A stretch of 64,000 nucleotides of DNA from Andalucia godoyi And28 (taxonomy: Eukaryota > Protista > Jakobida). The stretch is from assembly GCA_009859145.1 (NCBI GenBank), contig VRVR01000055.1, positions 1 to 64,000 on the forward strand, written 5' to 3'. Shown here in pieces: positions 21,209 through 32,439 of the stretch (the stretch's first letter is position 1; each line of letters starts with the position of its first letter). A model generated the notes under the pieces. That model worked only from the letters and a program-made list of their open reading frames with translations. It had not been told where the DNA came from and ran no database searches. The position numbers and the translations under genes were made by a program.

Positions 21209-24200
21209 ATGCAGTTCATTGTCTTTCTCGTGCTTTCATTTCTGCTTCTAGTGTCCTCGATATGTTGCATTGTCCGTGGCGCTCCCACACAAATCCCATT
21301 TGATGGAAAAATCGGCTTTCTTCCTCAAAACGTTGCGCGGCGGCTCAAGCAACAACTGTTGCGGGGTGGCGTTGGAAACCATTCGCGTTCATCCCCTGAT
21401 TCCACACGATGGATGCTGCACGCAACTGTCAGAAACGGCAGTTGGTGGGCGGGGCTGGAACGACAATTCGATTCAGTGATTCTTGAATTGGTGGAAGACA
21501 GCATCTTTGGCTTTGCGACTGGATTGGTCAGTCAACTTCAACGATGGAAAGAGGATGGTGCAGCATTGGTTGCTGAAGGTAGTCAACCGCATGAACATCG
21601 TGCAGGAGTTTCTGGTAAGATTCTCCAGAAATCGAAAGGTGTTCGATTGCCATCTCGGACGTCAGTTGTGACACTGATAGGTGAAACACTTCCTGTTAAG
21701 AAGCTCGATCGACAAGTGCATTTTCTTCCCGCGAAATTCAAAAATGCTGCCAATCTACTGTCTATGAATAGAATGAATGTCGCGACGCATGCCGAAGCGA
21801 ATCGGACTTTCAGGTCTGTTTCGTATGCCCCCCGGATTGTGTTGTACTTGTTGATTTGTACATGAACACTAATGGGCCAAACTGGTCCCCGATCAACTGG
21901 GGACAGTCCTTGCCGCTGAATTTCTCGACTGCTTGCTGTTCTCCGCCGCTTGGTGGATATCAATGCGATTCGTTTGGAAGAATTTTGAAAATTGGTTTGC
22001 TTAGAAATCGCTTAAATGGTTCGATTCCAGAATCATTGGGTAATTTGTCAGATTTGGTGGACCTTCGCTTAAATTCCAACTCTCTCTCTGGGAGTATTCC
22101 TGATTCTGTGTGGAATTTGGAGCAATTGATCCACCTAGATCTGAGCGATAACGCACTGACCAGCGGAATTTCTGCAAATGCGGGGACGTTGGTGCACTTG
22201 CAGTACCTTGATTTGGACACGAATATGCTTACTGGATCGATTCCGTCGTCACTGAGCAATCTGATGCAGCTTCAGCACTTGGTGCTGTATTCCAACCTTC
22301 TTACTGGACCAATTCCAGAATCTCTTGGACAACTGACGCAGCTTCAATATTTGTATTTGGATTCCAATCAACTCTCCGGTTCAATTCCAGAGTCTCTGGG
22401 TGATTTGCTACTGCTTCAGGACCTGGATTTGGATTCCAATCAGCTGACAGGATCGATCCCTGAATCGCTTGGCAATCTATCTCAGCTTCAGTTTCTGATA
22501 CTGAGTTCCAACCAGTTGAATGGTTCGATTCCATTCTCGCTGGGGGACTTGTTTCAACTTCAAATGATGGATTTGGCTTTCAACAAACTAACTGGACCAA
22601 TTCCTGCTTCACTCGGTAATTTATTCTTGCTCGAGACGCTTTTCCTGAATGATAACGACCTATCGGATGAGTTGAACTGCATATCATTCGGTCAGAGGAT
22701 GAAGACGGTGAATTTGCAGGGAAATTCTCTCGTTGGTCCAATACCCTCGTGTTTTTGCGATCAAAATAGATTGACATTTGCATATTTAGGAAACAACTTA
22801 TTTACGTCATTTCCGAATTGTTCACTGTCAACTTTAATCCACTTAGATTTAGCCAATAATCGCCTTTCCTCGTTCCCTTTCGCCATCATTTCGAAGTTTT
22901 CATCTCTTTTATCCCTTGATGTAAGTTTCAACCATTTTTCTGGAAGATTTCCGTTAGATCTATTCGTAGCAAACTCTCCATTGCGATCTCTCTCGCTTGC
23001 TTACAATGATTTCAACGATGCATTCCCCTTGTATGTTTGTAATTATGCCATATCATTTGGAGAAGTCGTTGTGTCCGCAACAAATTTGGAGAGTTTAGAT
23101 ATTTCTGGCAACACAATCACGGGGGATTCGGGGAATAATTGACTACACTTTGTGTTCTTACTGCAACGAATCCAAAGTTTATTCGCTTACATCACTCAAA
23201 ATGAAGGACTCTGGTCTTCCGTCTCTGTTTCGATCATTTTCATTCGAACACGTTGGCGGTGCATGTTCTCTGCTACCGCTTTCATTCTTTCATATTCTTC
23301 CATTTCTCAATGGCCTTTCATCTTTAGATGTTTCTCCGAACGATCTTTCTATAGGTCTCGACGCAGTGCTGTCAATTCCATTACTTTCGTCGTTTGACAT
23401 TCGAAACAATTCTAACGCGCGGAAATCGACGCTCTCATTTGTCAATCAACAACTATTCTCATACGACCCTACAACCAACTATCCATTCAGCACAAGCATG
23501 TCATGTGTGCAGGCAAAGGTCGGTCGACTTGCATTCCAGGCGGATCCGGTGTTTTTTGACTATGAAAACTGTGTTTGTCGACCTGGATTCTATGGCAAGC
23601 CGCCAAATTGCACGCGATGTTTGTCCAATGCGGATTGTTCTTTCAGCAATGAAGCGGACATTCCGTATGGAAACATATCCATTGCTTTCCGAGAGATTGG
23701 GAATATCATTGCACAAAAGGGATACTACGCATCTCCTCCTGTGACGTACACAGAGATGATGGACAACCAATCCTATCCTACGTCCATGGAGATTTGTTCG
23801 TTGGCTGGAACCGATTTGACTCCCTGTGCTGCAACTCCAGCAGGTCCTTGCAAGACTGGGTATGAAGGAAGACTGTGTTCTGCCTGTTCGTCAGGGTATT
23901 TTCGCACTGGAGACCGATGCGCAGTATGCCCGAACTCGGTTGGCCTAACGTTTTTCGCCATGTTTGCAGTCCTCACAGTGATCGGATTAGTGGCGTGGTC
24001 CTTCTTGTCCGGCTCTTCTTCTTCCGGACTTGTCAAGATGGTGCTGTTCTTTTGGCAAGCGCTGTTCTTCATCCGCGCCCCAATGCCAAATGGAATGTAC
24101 CTCTTCACACACGGAGCGTCATCCATGACGACGATGACAATCGCTGGACCAGAATGCTTCTTCGATTCCTGGGATTACATGTCGAATTTCATCTTGTCGG

Positions 24201-25027
24201 TGATAGCTCCTGTGATTGCAGTCTGGCTTGTTGCGTTCATTTGGCTTGTTGGAGCGCTTCGTTTGCGGCGATCTTCTCTTTCGTCGAAAATCGCATGGTT
24301 CGACCGATGCCGCCGTTCTGCCATTTTCTTGTTCCTCTTTCTTTTCATGTCTGCTGTCTCCGCTATTCTTGCGTCATTGTCGTGCACCGCAGATGTCGGC
24401 GACGGCAAGTCGTACCTCATCTTCTATCCAAATGAGGGATGTTCGAAAGTTCTGCAAGGGAAATCTTCCGTCCTTCTTGTTGTGTACGTATTCGCAATTC
24501 CAGGTGGCCTGTCTTATCTTGTCTGGCGTAGTGGTGTCTTTTCCAAGAATGCAAAATCGGATACACGCAGCATGTACGTCTACTCGTTGCTTTTTGGTTC
24601 GTACCGACATGATAGACGATGGTGGGAGTTTGTTGTAGTCCTGCGTCGAGTGCTGTTTGTGGCTGCATATGTTACAATCTCTCCTCTCTCTGAGTACCGC
24701 ACTATGTTGGTTGCATCTGTTTTAGTTGCAGCTGTGGGTGCTCAAGCCATCGCTACGCCGTACCATCGTTCTGCCGAGAATTCTTTCGAAATCATCTCAC
24801 TTGGAATCTTGCTTGTCAATCTCGTATGTTCCGTGCAATCGCAAGTTCTTGCCGTACAGGACATTGATGAAGCGGGTACGCTCGTGTTTCTCATGAACGT
24901 CGGGTTTTCAATTGTTGTTATTGCGATGTTGGCCGTGCACTTTCAACAACGATTGCTGAAGAAGAAAAGATTGAATGGAGATGCGTCGCTTACCGAAAGC
25001 TTTCTCGAGCAGAATGGAACACTATAG
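21209..25027 (+). CDS. LRR receptor-like protein with Cys-rich segment and multi-TM domain (~1,250 aa; putative intron 21716-21771; frameshift at 23130-23133)
   Basis: Signal peptide MQFIVFLVLSFLLL at ATG 21209. A GT..AG 56-nt phase-0 intron would join it in frame to the LRR N-cap (VDLYMNTNGPNW). Plant-RLK-type LRRs (L..L.L..N.L.G.IP.SLG.L). Removing one G from the gggg run fuses ORFs 21856-23142 and 23150-25027. The exon-1 join is inferred. Confidence 0.8.
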
Positions 25028-25211
25028 ATAGCAGAAACGCAATTCTTGATCACAAACTGCATGCTGATCTCGGTTCTTATGTAGGTTGGACTTCTTTGCA
25101 CTGCATTGAATTTGAAGTTGAGATGATGTGAAAACGTCGCGCTTCCAAATTCTGTATTCAGCAGGACCATGAACTGTATCGGACATAAATCATGTTACAC
25201 CCAAGCCCCCG

Positions 25212-26372
25212 TTATGTAAACATCCGCAATTGAACAGAAAGCGTCAATTCGACGAATGCTAAATCATAATGACGGTGTCGCCGTTGCCACAGGAAAAGCT
25301 TTCCGTTTTCCGGATTCGCTGACGGAGACCCGTACACTCCCATGTTGCCACTGAGACTCTGATCCGAGAGAGGCTGATCCAAGTGAGAGAAAACGTCGCT
25401 TCCACGGAAAGCAAATTCTGTTAGAGCATTCTGGGGGGCTGAAACAACAGATTCCCAGTTCGTCCTGCTGCTTTTTGATTTCGTCAACGGAGCGGGATTC
25501 ACCAGGATGACAACTCCGTCGTTGTGGGACGCAGTATCGACAACAGGTGCTGGTGTCGGTTGTGATCGCTGATGACGACGGCGGTTTGACTTTTTCCCGC
25601 TATGCACTTCGTATTCGGACAACTCTTCTTCCAAATTGCGTTCGGAGTCGAAAGCATCACTCTCCACAAATTCGTCCCAGTACCGGCACATTTCATCGTT
25701 TTCAAAGAATCGAGGAGCTTCAAACTTGATTTCGTACAAATCTCGGTCATACGAGATGCGATCGATCACTTGAGTAAACGCCAAATGCTTCCATTCCGAC
25801 GTTCCTTCAACAATCGTCTTCCAAAACAGCGTAGCATTCTCGCCTTTGTGTTCACTTGTTGTTTTCGAATACAACTCGTCCATTGCACGGGCAAGGGAGA
25901 TGTTGACAGCCGTTCCGAACGGCGAGTCCAGTAACGGCTCATTCCAGAGAAATCGATACTTGATTTGGACTGGATTGGATTGCAGTAGACGTCCTGCAAT
26001 TGAGTGAGTATTCCCATTCTGGTGCTCTTTGGATCTTCTCGGATTGGACACACTGGAGAACATCGATTCAACCACGCTATGAGAGAACATGGATGATATC
26101 CCATTTTGCCCAGGATTGACAGGTGAATGGTGGATCAGAATCCTTTCCAAATTCCTTGTGACATGCCGGGATACGACATTCGACAAGAATTGGCAAAGAA
26201 CTGACTGGTCATTTGGACGTTGCATTCTGTCCAAGAAAAGTCCCGGTGGTTTCGGTAGCTGAAGGTGGAACGGGTCTTCGTTCTCGACACTTCCTGAGGC
26301 CAGAGAATCATGCGAACCGAGAAGGACGCAAACGAGCAAGACGATCGGAGTCCATGGAAATGAGAATCGCAT
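25212..26372 (-). CDS. Putative secreted protein of an unknown family (386 aa)
   Basis: Signal-peptide-like N-terminus; a degraded paralog at 49119-49920 supports that it is a real gene family. Confidence 0.75.
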   Translation of the reverse strand: MRFSFPWTPIVLLVCVLLGSHDSLASGSVENEDPFHLQLPKPPGLFLDRMQRPNDQSVLCQFLSNVVSRHVTRNLERILIHHSPVNPGQNGISSMFSHSVVESMFSSVSNPRRSKEHQNGNTHSIAGRLLQSNPVQIKYRFLWNEPLLDSPFGTAVNISLARAMDELYSKTTSEHKGENATLFWKTIVEGTSEWKHLAFTQVIDRISYDRDLYEIKFEAPRFFENDEMCRYWDEFVESDAFDSERNLEEELSEYEVHSGKKSNRRRHQRSQPTPAPVVDTASHNDGVVILVNPAPLTKSKSSRTNWESVVSAPQNALTEFAFRGSDVFSHLDQPLSDQSLSGNMGVYGSPSANPENGKLFLWQRRHRHYDLAFVELTLSVQLRMFT

Positions 26373-26599
26373 CTCTGCGTTATGGTGCGTGCTCCGTTGA
26401 CCACTCGTTGCGGAATGAAGATGTCACAAGTCGCAGTTAAAAGAAAAGTTGCTGCAATCTTGGGGCAGTGAGACGGAACGGAAAAGTGAGTCGTCATCCT
26501 TGCTATCCCGAGACACGTACTCAAGTGCGACCAAATCCACAAAACTCGGAAATCATGTTCGAGAAGTCAAGTTTTCTGTTTCCCTCCTGAATTTTCCAA

Positions 26600-27694
26600 A
26601 TGTCCTCCAACGACGATAATGCAGAGCAATCCTCTTTAGACGATGAATCTGAGGATCAGAGATCGTCGGATGAAGAGTTTGCTCCTCCTGTAGCAAAGAT
26701 TGTTCGGAAAGGAGAGTGCCGCGCTTCTTGTCACCCAACTGATCCACACCATGTTTTGTTTTCCCTCTCGAAATCCAGACTTTTGTATCTTCGCGAGCAT
26801 CCGCGATCGTCCTGTTTCACTGTTCTTAAGTATCGAGGATTTGGCCATTTCGAACTCACGCGATTGTCGTGTCTTTACTCGTCGAAGCCCATCGAGAGCG
26901 CAGCGGATTGCATTTCCGCTTCTGGGGAGGGAATTGACAAATCCATTGAACATCTCGAAAGGTGGAATTCTACGGCCCTCATGCGGGGAACTCCGAAAAG
27001 CATTTCGTCGAAACCCATCACTCAGAGATTACGCAGTCTTCTCAAATCCTCTTCATTCGAGCAAAAACCGGCGAAGCGCTGGATGAATCCCCAATTCATC
27101 GCCTCTGTCAAAGACTTTTACGAAGCGCATCTCGTGTTTCCAGAGGTTGCTCGATGTCTCCGTGAACTTTCTCCTGCGTTCTATCGAGGAAAGATGAAGT
27201 TCATGTGCGATATTTCCATTTGGATGGGCGTCATTGAGTATTTTGTCATCAAACACTGTGCTGTCTCGTTTTACTTTACACTGGTCGAGCGATCCGGAAC
27301 CGAGGATGCGACGAAAAAGAATGAACTCACAACGAAATTAGAAGACGAAATGCGCAATACGGACGGAATTTTGAACTCGTTGCGACAGTTTCGGTCCATT
27401 ATCATTGAGGATCTGGAACTTATGATGCGTTCTGTCCAACTTGTCTGCCAAGATCGTCTGTTGAAATTTCAGGATTTTCCTCAAGAAGAGTTGATGCTTG
27501 AATGGTGGCAAATGGAAGAAGTCTGGAAATTGCGCACTCAGGTCACGGGGTTCCTCTGTCGTGTCAGAGAATTGAGACCTTCATCACCTATCCAACCTGG
27601 AGATGTTGCTTCTGAGACAGATGTGATGCACTATCTCCTGCAAAATGGTCGATGCGCGTTTCTCGTTCCATACTTTTGTTGCGATAGATTGTGA
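26600..27694 (+). CDS. Hypothetical protein (364 aa), acidic disordered N-terminus
   Basis: Long ATG-initiated ORF; no motif recognised. Confidence 0.6.
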   Translation: MSSNDDNAEQSSLDDESEDQRSSDEEFAPPVAKIVRKGECRASCHPTDPHHVLFSLSKSRLLYLREHPRSSCFTVLKYRGFGHFELTRLSCLYSSKPIESAADCISASGEGIDKSIEHLERWNSTALMRGTPKSISSKPITQRLRSLLKSSSFEQKPAKRWMNPQFIASVKDFYEAHLVFPEVARCLRELSPAFYRGKMKFMCDISIWMGVIEYFVIKHCAVSFYFTLVERSGTEDATKKNELTTKLEDEMRNTDGILNSLRQFRSIIIEDLELMMRSVQLVCQDRLLKFQDFPQEELMLEWWQMEEVWKLRTQVTGFLCRVRELRPSSPIQPGDVASETDVMHYLLQNGRCAFLVPYFCCDRL

Positions 27695-28184
27695 CGCGTA
27701 TGAGAACAGAATCTTGAATCCGGGAAAACTGATCAGAGGCTTTGAAGTTTCGCTGAATATGAGGGGACGATGGAAGTGGTGCCAGACCCGCACTTGCGCG
27801 TTCAGGTTGGGAATCTCTGAAATGCCACCAATGTTGTGGGGCGTCCTATGCAACAGCTTCGCAAATGGTCGTTTTGTGTATGAGAAACCCAATCCTTGCC
27901 GACTTTTGACTTGTCACTCTTCAGCAGGATGCTGACAATTCGTGATTAAAACCTTGTCCAGCTGTAACCAATTTTCAGAAACTCATCCTTCGGGCGCCAA
28001 AAAATTCCCGACAGCCACAGTTGGTGGCAGCAAGTTTTGCTTCTCCATCAAGGATGCGCTCCAAAATTTGATAGTGATTTTGTAAGTCTCTAACAAACAA
28101 CAAGCATATCTTCGTTTCCATTTCCTTTTGATTTTCAGCAGCGCTCAGAATAATGTTCAAAACACTCACTGTTGCTCAGTTTCT

Positions 28185-28901
28185 ATGACGACAAACAATT
28201 GCCTGACCATCGAAAATGTATTCATCCATCGTGCCATTCCTGTCTGCGATTCGCTCGAAGAGTATCTTGGGAATCCTGGCAACGCTGTAGCCCTCTCAAC
28301 CAACTTTCCGTCCATCCTTGGTCGGTTCGATATACCCTGGAACGTGGATACACCGGATCTTGCGCGTCAAATGATTGATTTGCTTGCGGAACTTCTTGCA
28401 TACGTTGATATTCAAGTTGATCATTACTTTACTCACCACGGCGAATTTATGCCATTTACTTGTGTGTCGATTTCTACCATCTTGGGTCACTTGCATCAGA
28501 GCGTGGGGTCGTCTATGTGTATCCTTGTGAAGAATCTTGTGAAAGAGAATCGAAGTCCCACTTCGATTGTGCAACGATCGTTCAAAGAGTGGCATGCGTT
28601 GGTCCAAGAGTATAACTACGTCATCAAAATGCTGGACTATGCACAAATTTCTAACGCGCACACAACGAAAGAATTGTTGCGCGCCTTGTTGTTAGCGGAC
28701 AGAGTGATCGATGAGTCCAGCATCCGAAAGGCAGTAATTCGGATTCAGCAATCTGATACTCGCGTGGAGCCGCTGTCAACTCCCTTGGGTACTTCTCCCC
28801 GTCGCGCTCTCTGCATTCAAAACGATCATGATTGCTGTCTGTGTTTGAAACCCTTGACAAACGCTGCTAAACTTTTCGAGAAGTTCCGTCCGACGTGGTA
28901 G
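28185..28901 (+). CDS. Hypothetical protein
   Basis: ORF 28128-28901 (first ATG 28185); C-terminal CCLCLKPL could be a truncated Zn-binding motif. Confidence 0.5.
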   Translation: MTTNNCLTIENVFIHRAIPVCDSLEEYLGNPGNAVALSTNFPSILGRFDIPWNVDTPDLARQMIDLLAELLAYVDIQVDHYFTHHGEFMPFTCVSISTILGHLHQSVGSSMCILVKNLVKENRSPTSIVQRSFKEWHALVQEYNYVIKMLDYAQISNAHTTKELLRALLLADRVIDESSIRKAVIRIQQSDTRVEPLSTPLGTSPRRALCIQNDHDCCLCLKPLTNAAKLFEKFRPTW

Positions 28902-29169
28902 TTGCAAACAATGTGCTCAAAGGGGGAATGATAATGAGAAGATTCTGAGTACGGATTGCTGCAGAAGGGACTAGTTTGCATGCAACCGATGACTGCTGTC
29001 AAAACTTCTCTTCAAGTCTTGCCATATACTGAACCAATCTTCGGTGTAAACAGTTATCAGTGGTTTGCGAGTGTGATGCGTCACCCAATATGTTAGACTC
29101 CGGATTGCCATCTTTTTCCATGACCACAGGCATTTACAGTCTCGGAGGAGAGGAAAAACTACCAAAAAA

Positions 29170-30471
29170 CTATTGAGAAAACAGCGAAAATTCTCCAGCA
29201 TCATCAGACTGACGAGTAGAGGCAGAAACTGGGCGTATTGCGTACCTTTCAGAGTACACAGTGTCGTTGTGCATTTCGAAAACCGTTGGGTCTCGAAGAA
29301 TGGGAGGGGAAATGGTAGTGAATCCCTCGGCAGTTAGTATTTTTTGCATCCTCGTCAAATCATTTGTGGGAGTTTCAAAGAAACGAAATCCTTGTTTTTT
29401 CCAGAACTCCAACGTTGCATTTGTTGCAATTGCTTCAATTTCCACTTCTGCTTCGGATGACAGAATCTTCAGAACTCGGAATACGTGCCACACTGCATTT
29501 TTGTACAACTTCTTACCGATTCCCCGTTTCCGATGACACTTGTCAACTAACAAATGATCGATTTTGATGGTAAGTTCTCGCTTCACATTCTTCTCTCCTT
29601 CTGGAATTGGAAGCATCTTCATACTGTAGGAAAATAAGCAAAATCCAACCACATTCTTGCTTTCATCTCGATACACAAGGGTGTCCATCTCATTATCAAC
29701 ATTTCTGTACTGAGTGGGAATGTCGTTCGACACACTTTCGAGAGGCCGTTTGTTTCTTTCGTTTCTTTCATCCAACCACTTCTGAATATTATCACGATAC
29801 TGTTCAAAGTCCGCATCGCTTTTCGACAAGGCTTTGATTTGTCTAATTTCATCCTGAAAAACGTTATCATCAATTGATGGATCGAGATCGTAAAATCCGC
29901 GCTCATCCCGCGTGGTCGGAAGAATCACTGAGCGTTTAAGAAGCTCCCTGTATTCCCAAAAAGAGTGCTGCTGCGACAAAAGTACTTCTATTCCGAAAGT
30001 ACTACAGAAATTTAGGTTCCCGGTGGTCAATGATACTTGCGGGCGATTCGAGGAAACATCAGCAATGTTCATTTCCAATTCAACAGGAGCCGACAGGTCA
30101 ACTTTGTGCAAGTCAGACAACAGGTCTATCCAGTGGTCAAAGAGCGATCCTTGATTCCTGAGCAAGATCTGGTTTGTGTCAATGAACACACGAAAAAGTT
30201 CACAAACTGTGACGACGAAAACACCAGGTAGGCGTCTGCTTTCATCTGGGTAGCCGAATATTGTACGTTTAACTTTCCCGTTCGAAAAGGAGACTGCTAG
30301 ACCAGCGAGCTCAAAATTCAAGGCAAAAAACTGGTCTCCCAAAATTTCGAGCACGAGGCCGAAATGCTGACAGACGTATTTGACGGTGTCGTCAAGGGTT
30401 TCCGGAACACACAATGAAAACCTGCATTTGTCAGAAAACCGGCGAAAGGATTGGAACTTTGACGAAGACAT
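29170..30471 (-). CDS. GNAT-family N-acetyltransferase with unknown N-terminal region
   Basis: Acetyl-CoA-binding motif A (IDHLLVDKCHRKRGIGKKL) and motif B (ATLEFWKKQGF). Confidence 0.82.
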   Translation of the reverse strand: MSSSKFQSFRRFSDKCRFSLCVPETLDDTVKYVCQHFGLVLEILGDQFFALNFELAGLAVSFSNGKVKRTIFGYPDESRRLPGVFVVTVCELFRVFIDTNQILLRNQGSLFDHWIDLLSDLHKVDLSAPVELEMNIADVSSNRPQVSLTTGNLNFCSTFGIEVLLSQQHSFWEYRELLKRSVILPTTRDERGFYDLDPSIDDNVFQDEIRQIKALSKSDADFEQYRDNIQKWLDERNERNKRPLESVSNDIPTQYRNVDNEMDTLVYRDESKNVVGFCLFSYSMKMLPIPEGEKNVKRELTIKIDHLLVDKCHRKRGIGKKLYKNAVWHVFRVLKILSSEAEVEIEAIATNATLEFWKKQGFRFFETPTNDLTRMQKILTAEGFTTISPPILRDPTVFEMHNDTVYSERYAIRPVSASTRQSDDAGEFSLFSQ

Positions 30472-31564
30472 GACGATATCAAATATGCATCAAACACAAT
30501 CAGAAGAAACTGCATCATTGGAAACATAACAGAGCTGACCCTCGAACCATCATTTTCAAAAAGCAGCGCCTTTCGAAAAGATGTGAGTCGGTGCAAGCAG
30601 ACGAATCCTCCCTCCGCTCTCAAGTTTGGGATGCGTGCAACAGAAGAGAGAGAAAAATGTTTCTGAACAGGTCTCTTGTTCCCGCTGTGGTTTCCGTCGC
30701 CTCTTTCTTCATATGATTATTTACGATCCACTTATTCGCGAGGCTTGGGACCCTTAGTTTTTCTCCTCAACTTTGTATCATTGTTTGAAAATATTTGGCC
30801 ACGTAGAGTCTCATCTCCCAACCTTTTGGAATTTGATGACAGCTTGTCTCAAGATCTCAGAACGCAGAATGAGGACCAAAGGCGCGCTCTTTGGCGGATC
30901 CGAAGACACTTTTCTGAGCTTATCATCCATCGCGACTTTCGCACAACCTGGCTGCTTTCATTCTCGGTCCTCGTACCTTAAACTTCATTTCCCGATGGAA
31001 TGATCCAATTTCGGGGCGGGGGTTTAGTTCTGCTTTCGATTTCATCGACTGCAAGATGATGAGGCCGGTGTTCTCTCCCGATCGAAAATTCTGCTGCTTT
31101 CGGATCAAGCTACTCCGTCTGGTCGCTTTTCTTCGTCAATTGCCCTTATTCAATAGTCAATTTCCACTCCAGGGACTTCGGTAGGTTGGCTATGGCGGCG
31201 GTCTTCGCTGAAAGCATTCTGTTTGCAAACTTAGAAACAGCAGATGAAACGCTCTTCATTGTAGAGTATTGGGAGAAAAAGAGAATTTATGATTCGACAC
31301 GAAAAAACAACAAAGGAAATCTGCAACGCCGAGCAAGCGAATGGACACGAGTTCGATCCGATACTTGTCGCACGAAACCTCTTGACTATGAATTTCGAAA
31401 ATCAACTGTGGGCGACGAACCGGTAGTCGATGAATCAGTGGGACATAATCCTTGCTTTGCGGTTGACGACGCTGCTTCTTGGGAGCTTGCGTGGAGACAA
31501 ATTAATTACTTGGAACTGCAAATTTCCATCCAGCATTCCAAGATGAAAGACTCGGACAGCATTT

Positions 31565-32215
31565 TTAAGTGAACTTCTTTGACGTGGTCCCCATATTCCT
31601 GTGACAATTGAATTTTCTACTATACCAGTCATCGTTTGGTACGTAGTGTAGCAATTTCCTGAAGCCAGATTCCACAAAAACAGCGCGTGCGCTATTGTCA
31701 TACACCCCTACTTCACGCAATGCTTCTTCCTTCATTTCGGCTGTGATATTTGCTAGACCAGGTAGAGTCGGCTCATTTAACCGGAACGACTCTTTCCATT
31801 TAGACTCGGCCTTTCTGTAATCTTCCAAGAGGGCCACTGAAAATTTGTCTTTGAAAGATCTTAATACTAGCGTCTGGCCAAGAATACTCACAGGAGTCGC
31901 AGGAGATACGAATTGCTCAGCATTTCCTTTAAGAGCTGTAATGGACAGTCCTGGCCGTGCATTTTCGCAAGCGTATTGCAGAGTCACCTTGAACCTGCCT
32001 TCCGCTTCTGACCTGAGCAGTTTCTGAGCGTACATCAAATACTTGTTGTGAAGTGAATTTCGCACACCAGAAAACTTGTTCAAACGGTCAAGTTCTTCAA
32101 GCAGGATAACGTCCGTGTGGAGACAAAGGGCAAAACCGATACATATGCCTGTTACTCCAGTCAGAGCGCATTGCACAAAAGGAGATGAAAGCTTACCAAG
32201 TATGCTCTGCCACAT
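31565..32215 (-). CDS. Hypothetical protein with one N-terminal hydrophobic helix, divergent from the CD-NTase
   Basis: ORF 31565-32245, first ATG 32215; hydrophobic stretch CALTGVTGICIGFALCL. Confidence 0.55.
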   Translation of the reverse strand: MWQSILGKLSSPFVQCALTGVTGICIGFALCLHTDVILLEELDRLNKFSGVRNSLHNKYLMYAQKLLRSEAEGRFKVTLQYACENARPGLSITALKGNAEQFVSPATPVSILGQTLVLRSFKDKFSVALLEDYRKAESKWKESFRLNEPTLPGLANITAEMKEEALREVGVYDNSARAVFVESGFRKLLHYVPNDDWYSRKFNCHRNMGTTSKKFT

Positions 32216-32439
32216 AATGTTCCATTTGAAAGCAGAGAACAGCACACGCTTTTCGAAAGAACCGCTGAAAAGGTTATCCCAAGACCCAAGTTTTTCACGA
32301 GGAAGCAGGCTGGTCTGGATTCAATTGATGACAAACTCGGGCAGTCTTGCATTCATCAGCCATCGAAAACTCTGCATGAGATCAAATTCCGAATCCCTTT
32401 TCTTTCTTTTTGTTTTATGTTGAAAAGCAGAAGCGCACC

